From the IMG/VR virus record IMGVR_UViG_3300023096_000006, positions 1 through 62,793 of that record: a DNA stretch of 62,793 bases. One strand, written 5' to 3'. A program made the position numbers and the translations under genes. Position 1 is the stretch's first letter, and every line of letters begins with the position of its first letter. This DNA comes from a virus. Taxonomy: Duplodnaviria > Caudoviricetes. This document shows positions 1 through 5,007 of this stretch, in pieces. The notes below the pieces were generated by a model, which ran no database searches, was not told the origin of the DNA, and saw nothing but the letters and a program-made list of their open reading frames with translations.

Positions 1-109
1 TCCGATCTGGATTCCACTGTGGAGTTACTGGGGTCCAGTTGCCTGGGTCGTCCCGAAGTTCTTGTACTCAGGCCTTTCCGGTCCTCACCGCTGCTGGCCT
101 GGTACTTAC

Positions 110-138
110 ATCTTACGTCTCTCGAACCAGATATGCAA
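110..138 (-). promoter_or_regulatory. SigA-like promoter
   Basis: Minus strand TTGCAT-17 nt-TAAGAT, directly downstream of a hairpin. Confidence 0.6.
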
Positions 139-173
139 GAAGCCTCCGAACTTTTTCTGTTCAGAGGCTTCTT
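137..173 (-). terminator. Stem-loop, probable terminator
   Basis: AAGAAGCCTC(T/C)GAAC inverted repeat, 15-bp stem. Confidence 0.6.
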
Positions 174-282
174 AAGTCTAGTTCTAGAGCTTAGACATGC
201 CTCTTAAAGCCGGATACCCCATTCTGGGTTCCGCGCTTTGCGATGGCTGATGTCTTACTCATGCGTCTAGTGTACACCATTT

Positions 283-501
283 CTAAGTCAGTTGGTCCCT
301 GGTGTCGAGAACGATGAAAGCTCCCAGTTCGGTCAGCTTGGCTTCGTGCTGCTCTCCGTGGTGCTTGCAGTACGACAGCAACCCGTCTCTGAAGAAGTAG
401 TGCATGCTGGAGCGGTGCCCACACTGGGTACAGGCGACAAACTCATCAGGGGCTGGCACATGGACGGTTACCTCTTCCTCAGTTTCCAGCACATCATTCA
501 T
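283..501 (-). CDS. Small putative Zn-binding protein
   Basis: CTQC...CKHH motifs; preceded by the GCGATAGTA motif at 547-555. Confidence 0.65.
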   Translation of the reverse strand: MNDVLETEEEVTVHVPAPDEFVACTQCGHRSSMHYFFRDGLLSYCKHHGEQHEAKLTELGAFIVLDTRDQLT

Positions 502-561
502 CAGTCGGCTCCTCTACCACTGGGTCTTCCTCGTAGGGCTCACTTTTACTATCGCGTGAGC

Positions 562-723
562 CTAGAGAACTTCTACGCCAATGATGCGTCCATACGAATC
601 AATGTCCAAGATGACTTCCCTAGTGCCAAGGCTGATTTGCTTGACACTAGGGAAGTTTGTCTGCGCATGAAAGTAGTACGCGTCTACTTCCTGGTCCCAC
701 GTCGCTGTGAGTGCTTCAGGCAT
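562..723 (-). CDS. DUF2283-like small protein (53 aa, below the ORF-track cutoff)
   Basis: Translated by hand: MPEALTATWDQEVDAYYF...VILDIDSYGRIIGVEVL; start overlaps the upstream stop (TAATG). Confidence 0.7.
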   Translation of the reverse strand: MPEALTATWDQEVDAYYFHAQTNFPSVKQISLGTREVILDIDSYGRIIGVEVL

Positions 724-1937
724 TACCGGTTCGCCACCAATTCTTGTCCACCGTGGAAAGCTCGACCGGAGTCAATCTGCACTAGCTCCACGTAGAACTG
801 TCCATCGTCTCTGTATCGAATGACTGTCACGCCCTGCTGCCAGTTCTCCCAGTAGGTGGCCTTAGAGCCGTCTAGGTGGCGTGCCCCGTGAACAGAAGGC
901 ACCATACCGTCAACTCGGCAGAGACATCCGGGGTTGACGTTCATGGTACGAATCTTGCCAGCACGGTCGAAGATGGTCTTGGACTGTACTTCAAGTCGGT
1001 GGGAGTGCCCGAAGATGGTCGAAATGTGAGGCGTCTCGTTGGCGTACTGAGAGGCCGTAGAACCCTTAGCCACACTCTTGGTACCGTGGATGACTCTGAG
1101 GTCGTCACAAATCCAGTGAGCGCCTGCTGGATAGGCGTCTGTGTAGCCAGTGTCGAACTCGTCTAGTCCGATGAGGAACGGAAGACTCATGGCGGGCCAC
1201 TCGTCCGGGTACCCTGCTCGTCGTAGACCCATAGCGCTCTTGGCGTTAGCTTCCATGAAGCTCTGCATGCGCTTGTCGTGGTTTCCCTCAATCCACTGAA
1301 TGACGCCAGACGTTCGCGCACGTGTCTCAGCGGCGAATAGGCGTCCTCGTTCTAGTGAGGGCTGGGTAGTGCGAGCAAAGCGCTCTTCCTGAGCCCAGCG
1401 GCCTTGTTCTGTGAGGTCCAGGATGTCGCCAGCGATGATGGTCTGGTCAGGATTCTCCAGGCCTACAATCTGCTGGAAGAGGTCGATAGCTGCATCATCG
1501 TGGTAGGGAATCAAGTTCCCTGCGTTGTCCATGTCGAAGCCGATTTGAGTGTCGGCACCCACCACAGCCGTCTTGAACTTCGTCGCTCGTGGGGTTGGTG
1601 TAACGGGTCGGAGCTTGTAGACGGTAGCGGGCTTCTGGATGACGGGCCACTTGGGAAGCTCCTGGCCATCAACGAAATTCTTCTTCTTGACGTTGAGTAG
1701 CTTGTTCCAGTACCCACCGTTCGGACTCGACGTAACTCCGAAGGTGAAGGTAACTTCCTCAGGGTCGGTGCCCTTCTCAGCTAGCCATGCTCGCCAGTCG
1801 TCCTCACCCCAGGCCGTAGCCATCATGAGGCCTGCGGAAAGGACCATGCCGTCAGACGTGAAGACAATCTCCTCGTCAGCCTTGACAGCGGCTTCAGCTT
1901 TCGCCTGAGCGGCTGCTAGCTTGTCACTTAGACCCAT
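723..1937 (-). CDS. Calcineurin-like metallophosphoesterase
   Basis: DTQ, GDILD, GNHD, HG and GHSH motifs; start reassigned to MGLSDKL. Confidence 0.85.
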   Translation of the reverse strand: MGLSDKLAAAQAKAEAAVKADEEIVFTSDGMVLSAGLMMATAWGEDDWRAWLAEKGTDPEEVTFTFGVTSSPNGGYWNKLLNVKKKNFVDGQELPKWPVIQKPATVYKLRPVTPTPRATKFKTAVVGADTQIGFDMDNAGNLIPYHDDAAIDLFQQIVGLENPDQTIIAGDILDLTEQGRWAQEERFARTTQPSLERGRLFAAETRARTSGVIQWIEGNHDKRMQSFMEANAKSAMGLRRAGYPDEWPAMSLPFLIGLDEFDTGYTDAYPAGAHWICDDLRVIHGTKSVAKGSTASQYANETPHISTIFGHSHRLEVQSKTIFDRAGKIRTMNVNPGCLCRVDGMVPSVHGARHLDGSKATYWENWQQGVTVIRYRDDGQFYVELVQIDSGRAFHGGQELVANR

Positions 1938-2184
1938 GAACGTCTTCTTCCTTGATGGTGCCAGCCTTGACCGCTTCACGGAAAGGGATGAACGTGGCCT
2001 TATCGAACTTAGCCCCATTGCTACGAAGGAAATTCAGGAGAGTGTAGTTTCTCCAGTTCTCGCTCCGAAGCGCGGCCCAGACAGCTTTGCGGTCAGTCTC
2101 ATCGAGCGTCTTCAACCACTTCTCGATGTTGGACTCTTTCTTGGCGGTAGCCGCCTCTTGCAACTTCTCGGCAAGTGTAGACAC
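1924..2184 (-). CDS. Hypothetical protein
   Basis: 86-aa ORF with GGAG RBS, overlapping the phosphoesterase start. Confidence 0.7.
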   Translation of the reverse strand: MSTLAEKLQEAATAKKESNIEKWLKTLDETDRKAVWAALRSENWRNYTLLNFLRSNGAKFDKATFIPFREAVKAGTIKEEDVHGSK

Positions 2185-2228
2185 GTGCGTCTCCTAAGGT
2201 TTGGCTGGTGTCGTAGTCCAGCTTACCT

Positions 2229-2257
2229 CATGTACGCCTTTAAGGTTCCATTGTCAA
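2229..2257 (-). promoter_or_regulatory. Promoter, TTGACA-17-(GCG)TACATG class
   Basis: Perfect -35 box; shares the SCGTA -10 context with other copies. Confidence 0.5.
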
Positions 2258-2258
2258 G

Positions 2259-2310
2259 CAAAAAACCCCTGGCCTTCGGCCCGATTAGGGGCCTGACCAG
2301 GGGTTTCTTT
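2259..2310 (-). terminator. Intrinsic terminator ending the tRNA operon
   Basis: AAACCCCTGG...CCAGGGGTTT stem followed by a U-tract on the minus strand. Confidence 0.8.
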
Positions 2311-2311
2311 G

Positions 2312-2385
2312 TAGCGCAGACGGGATTCGAACCCGCAGCATCACTGGGTCTGAGCCAATGTGGTCGTCCTGTTGCCTACCGCGCC
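2312..2385 (-). tRNA. tRNA-Leu(CAG), short variable arm
   Basis: GGCGCGG/CTGCGCT acceptor, CT-CAG-AC loop, GCGGG TTCGAAT CCCGT T-arm. Confidence 0.8.
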
Positions 2386-2414
2386 ATATGAAGTTGTCAC
2401 AGAGAATCCATTTG

Positions 2415-2496
2415 TAGCCCTCACGGGACTCGAACCCGCACACCACGAAGGTACTAGTTCCTAAGACTAGCGCGTCTACCATTCCGCCAAAGAGCC
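2415..2496 (-). tRNA. tRNA-Leu(TAG)
   Basis: Canonical cloverleaf, long variable arm, CTAGT CT TAG GA ACTAG. Confidence 0.92.
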
Positions 2497-2497
2497 G

Positions 2498-2571
2498 TAG
2501 CGTAGACGGGATTCGAACCCGTATTCATCTTAGTATCTCGGACTAAGTGGTCTACCGTTGCCTACTACGCT
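2498..2571 (-). tRNA. tRNA-Leu(GAG), short variable arm
   Basis: AGCGTAG/CTACGCT acceptor, CTTAGT CC-GAG-AT ACTAAG, canonical T-arm. Confidence 0.75.
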
Positions 2572-2575
2572 ATGC

Positions 2576-2722
2576 AGAGAGTAACTATTGGTCAGTGTGG
2601 TTCCTACTACTGCCGTTCTTTACTTGTCTCGGGTCCTGCGGCCTCTCGAAAGAAACCACCCGTACCATTGAGACGTTCTTTACTTGGGGTCGTATTCTCC
2701 ACACCTCCGCAAGCTACTCTCT
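2576..2722 (-). ncRNA. Putative rod-shaped ncRNA with symmetric 11x11 bubble
   Basis: Nested stems AGAGAGTAGCT/AGTTACTCTCT, GGTGTGG/CCACACT, GTCTC/GAGAC and a TTCG-capped hairpin; CAAGTAAAGAACG occurs twice. Confidence 0.55.
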
Positions 2723-2825
2723 TCCGTGCCATTGCCCTCAGCCGGGGGGAGGAGTGTGCTCGGTTTCACGGTCTGCGCGCTTACCGCTCCTATGCACCTA
2801 CTTTCGGGCCGCTAAACCCTTTGCG

Positions 2826-2897
2826 TGGGAAAACGGGGAATCGAACCCCGGACTTCTGTGCTTCAAACAGACGCTTTACCGACTAAGCTATAATCCC
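2826..2897 (-). tRNA. tRNA-Phe(GAA)
   Basis: Cloverleaf with TCTGT TT-GAA-GC ACAGA; two U-U pairs in the acceptor stem. Confidence 0.85.
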
Positions 2898-2905
2898 AAA
2901 ATCCC

Positions 2906-2994
2906 GCACAGCCTGTCAGAGCCTCAGTGCAGGTTGTCTGGCGCGTACGGGCTATTCCAGACTCGCAATGTGTCCCTGACAGGACATCCCGTGC
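2906..2994 (-). ncRNA. Putative long hairpin ncRNA between tRNA-Tyr and tRNA-Phe
   Basis: GCAC/GTGC, CCTGTCAGGG/CTCTGACAGG and GTCTGG/CCAGAC nested stems. Confidence 0.45.
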
Positions 2995-3027
2995 CACCTG
3001 TTGAAGTACAGTGTAGCCAAACTTGAG

Positions 3028-3096
3028 TCCTGTAGGAGAGAATCGAACTCTCGTGCGGTCGATTTACAGTCGAGGCCAGCGCCACGCCACTACAGG
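3028..3096 (-). tRNA. Atypical tRNA-Tyr(GTA), 69 nt
   Basis: CCTGTAG/CTACAGG acceptor with A73, TCGA CT-GTA-AA TCGA, GAGAG TTCGATT CTCTC; reduced D-arm and no long V-arm. Confidence 0.65.
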
Positions 3097-3183
3097 GTAG
3101 TTTTGCCATCCGAATATCGCATGGATGGCACCGCGCCCGGACTGGACTTACCGGGTGGAAGGTTCATGACTTCTTCCAGCTTG

Positions 3184-3255
3184 TAGTGCGTACGGGATTC
3201 GAACCCGTGCTGTCCAGCTTGAAAGGCTAGAGTACTTCCTGTATACGAACGCACC
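3184..3255 (-). tRNA. tRNA-Glu(TTC)
   Basis: Cloverleaf with CTAGC CT-TTC-AA GCTGG. Confidence 0.88.
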
Positions 3256-3256
3256 G

Positions 3257-3327
3257 TAGCCCGTAGGGGAATCGAACCCCTGCTACAAGGCTGAGAACCT
3301 TGCGACCTACCATTAATCGAACGGGCC
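3257..3327 (-). tRNA. tRNA-Glu(CTC)
   Basis: Cloverleaf with CAAGG TT-CTC-AG CCTTG. Confidence 0.88.
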
Positions 3328-3348
3328 ATAATCTTCTATTCAGTTGTG

Positions 3349-3426
3349 TGGCGTCCAAGACGAGATTTGAACTCGCGTTCTCCACCTTGACAGGGTGGCG
3401 GGGACTCCTGACTCCCCCACAAGGAC
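3349..3426 (-). tRNA. tRNA-Asp(GTC), encoded CCA
   Basis: CCACC CT-GTC-AA GGTGG, G73-CCA; two U-U pairs in the acceptor stem. Confidence 0.88.
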
Positions 3427-3491
3427 ATAGGCTGGGTTATTCTTCCTCGTAGACGAACCTGCGTTCGCACCAGCATCACTACGATGTATCG

Positions 3492-3565
3492 GGTGATAGA
3501 CGGGACTCGAACCCGCACACATCTGCTCCACAGGCAGACCATCAGCCTTTGAAAGTACTATCACC
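3492..3565 (-). tRNA. tRNA-His(GTG)
   Basis: G-1:C73, TCTGC CT-GTG-GA GCAGA, canonical T-arm, irregular D-arm. Confidence 0.8.
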
Positions 3566-3609
3566 ATAGCGGGATTCGCCCTGTGGTGCACCACCTGACG
3601 TTTCCCTCG

Positions 3610-3681
3610 TCGGAATGGGGGGAATCGAACCCCCTCCTTCTCGGTCCCAAGCCGAGCGACCTCCCACTAGCCCACATTCCG
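3610..3681 (-). tRNA. tRNA-Pro(TGG)
   Basis: CGGAATG/CATTCCG with A73, CTCGG CT-TGG-GA CCGAG. Confidence 0.88.
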
Positions 3682-3685
3682 ATGT

Positions 3686-3755
3686 CCCCGATGCTGGGTC
3701 GCTACGCCCAGGTCTTCCCTCTCCCCGAGGGTGCACTGCTCTATGCTACATCGCG
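3686..3755 (-). pseudogene. Degenerate tRNA-like element (Pro GGG-like)
   Basis: CGCGATG/CATCGGG acceptor, D-like arm, CCCTC GGGGA GAGGG, CTGGG/CCCAG arm without TTCG. Confidence 0.45.
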
Positions 3756-3762
3756 GTTTAAT

Positions 3763-3829
3763 GACGACGACGCTATACACTTACGTCCAACGGCTTTCAC
3801 CGTACGGGAATCTAACCCGTGCTTCCGTC
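3763..3829 (-). ncRNA. Circularly permuted tRNA-like RNA (YrlA-type topology)
   Basis: GACGG-AAGC-[ACGGG TTAGATT CCCGT]-[ACGGT GAAA GCCGT]-TG-[GACG N11 CGTC]-G-TCGTC. Confidence 0.6.
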
Positions 3830-3832
3830 TCG

Positions 3833-3906
3833 TCGGGATAACAGGATTCGAACCTGCGACTTCACGCTCCCAAAGCGCGCGCTCTACCAAGCTGAGCTAT
3901 ATCCCG
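3833..3906 (-). tRNA. tRNA-Pro(TGG), second copy
   Basis: Canonical cloverleaf CGGGATA/TATCCCG with TT-TGG-GA loop. Confidence 0.92.
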
Positions 3907-3928
3907 ATATGGATTCTCTGTGGAGTTA

Positions 3929-4321
3929 TCAATCTGCGTGCCTAGCTAGGTAGGCGATTGCTAGAAGCAGTCTGTCCGGGTCATCCTTGAAAAGTCCAAG
4001 CCCCATGTTACATGAGGAGCAAAGCACTTCGCGTAGCTTTCCCGTCGTGTGATTGTGGTCCCAATGACTTTTCAAGAGAGTAACACTGTCGCCGCAAAGA
4101 GCACACTTACCGTTCTGCTTGTTTAGTTGTTCTAGCTTTTCCTCGGGTGAAGAATCGTATCTCGTTCGGTAGTGATACCGTGCGTTAGACGCCTGCACCT
4201 TGTCTCGGTTCTTAGCCCGCCACTCTCGCTTGTATTCGTTGTAACACGGTACGCAGTAAGAGTAACTGGACTTGAAATCCTCAACTGGCTTCTCTTGCAA
4301 ACACTTGGCACACGTTCTCAT
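3929..4321 (-). CDS. Endonuclease VII-family HNH endonuclease
   Basis: CxxC pairs, DHNH..GKLR.VLCSSCNMGLG.FKDD signature. Confidence 0.9.
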   Translation of the reverse strand: MRTCAKCLQEKPVEDFKSSYSYCVPCYNEYKREWRAKNRDKVQASNARYHYRTRYDSSPEEKLEQLNKQNGKCALCGDSVTLLKSHWDHNHTTGKLREVLCSSCNMGLGLFKDDPDRLLLAIAYLARHAD

Positions 4322-4526
4322 GTACTAAGTCTACTAGGGAAACTAGAGAAAAAGCTCTGTGGAGTTGTAGGTACAAATAAAGCCTCAGACTTTTCGAGTC
4401 CAAGGCTTAGAGTAGAGCGAATTTGCGCACTCTAAGCCAACCTGGGGTCTTCCAGGTGTAGCTCATAGTCAAACTTGCTCATGTCTTAAACCTTACATCA
4501 TGTAAACGCCTTGTGGCGCTTACTCG

Positions 4527-4600
4527 TTACGGGGGAGGGAATCGAACCCTCAGTCGCGCAGGATATGAGCCTGGCCAGTTACCGTTACTTGCACCCCGTG
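4527..4600 (-). tRNA. tRNA-Met(CAT), initiator-like
   Basis: C1xA72 mismatch, CAGG CT-CAT-AT CCTG, GAGGG TTCGATT CCCTC. Confidence 0.75.
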
Positions 4601-4662
4601 CCATTGTTTTCAGTTGTACTCATTTTTACGTCTCAGAATCTGATTTGTCAAACTGAGTTTCG

Positions 4663-4733
4663 CACCCCGTCGAGGAATCGAACCCCGGTCTGGCGGGTTG
4701 GAGCCGCACATGTTACCACTACACCAACGAGAT
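4663..4733 (-). tRNA. tRNA-Trp(CCA)
   Basis: Cloverleaf with GCGG CT-CCA-AC CCGC and G73. Confidence 0.88.
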
Positions 4734-4746
4734 ATGTGTTGAATTA

Positions 4747-4765
4747 TCTAGTGTACACCATTTCT
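4747..4765. repeat. 19-bp direct repeat shared with 266-284
   Basis: TCTAGTGTACACCATTTCT is identical at both sites; contains TACACT on the minus strand. Confidence 0.8.
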
Positions 4766-4773
4766 GATGTCCG

Positions 4774-4848
4774 TGCCCTAGGTGGGAATCGAACCCACAA
4801 ACCCCAAGGTTTGAGCTTGGTCCATATACCGAATTCTGGTACTAGGGC
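4774..4848 (-). tRNA. tRNA-Leu(CAA), short variable arm
   Basis: GCCCTAG/CTAGGGC with A73, CCAAG CT-CAA-AC CTTGG, 5-nt variable loop. Confidence 0.85.
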
Positions 4849-4977
4849 AAAAAGGCCAGCCTTCGTCCCTGCGAAAGCTACCAACCAAGAAAGGAGCTTG
4901 AAGGCTGGCCATGAGAGTGGTTGTAAAAGGAACACCAGATAGGTGGACCACTCTCAGTCTGTGAAGTTGTTAGTTAC

Positions 4978-5007
4978 ATCATACGCCCTAAGTGGCGAAA
5001 GTGTCAA
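4978..5007 (-). promoter_or_regulatory. SigA-like promoter of the tRNA operon
   Basis: TTGACA-18-TATGAT followed by boxA-like ACAACTTCACA. Confidence 0.75.

Noticed and set aside
562-723. Apparent frameshift in the DUF2283-like gene
   Set aside because: On re-reading the frame is intact (TAT GGA CGC)
2614-2686. CRISPR-like repeat-spacer unit
   Set aside because: Only two 13-nt repeats and no cas genes; better explained as a symmetric RNA loop
2723-2822. Hammerhead ribozyme (GAAAC and CTGA present)
   Set aside because: CUGANGA core incomplete and the three required helices could not be built
2572-3027. tmRNA, SRP RNA or RNase P RNA in the long spacers
   Set aside because: No tRNA-Ala-like ends or tag ORF, no SRP domain IV motif, and no RNase P conserved core found
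4423-4482. Tiny leaderless ORF MSKFDYELHLEDPRLA
   Set aside because: 16 codons; plausible -10 spacing but no other support
2285-4942. ORF-track calls across the tRNA region other than the HNH gene
   Set aside because: They overlap clear tRNA cloverleaves and have no protein-like features
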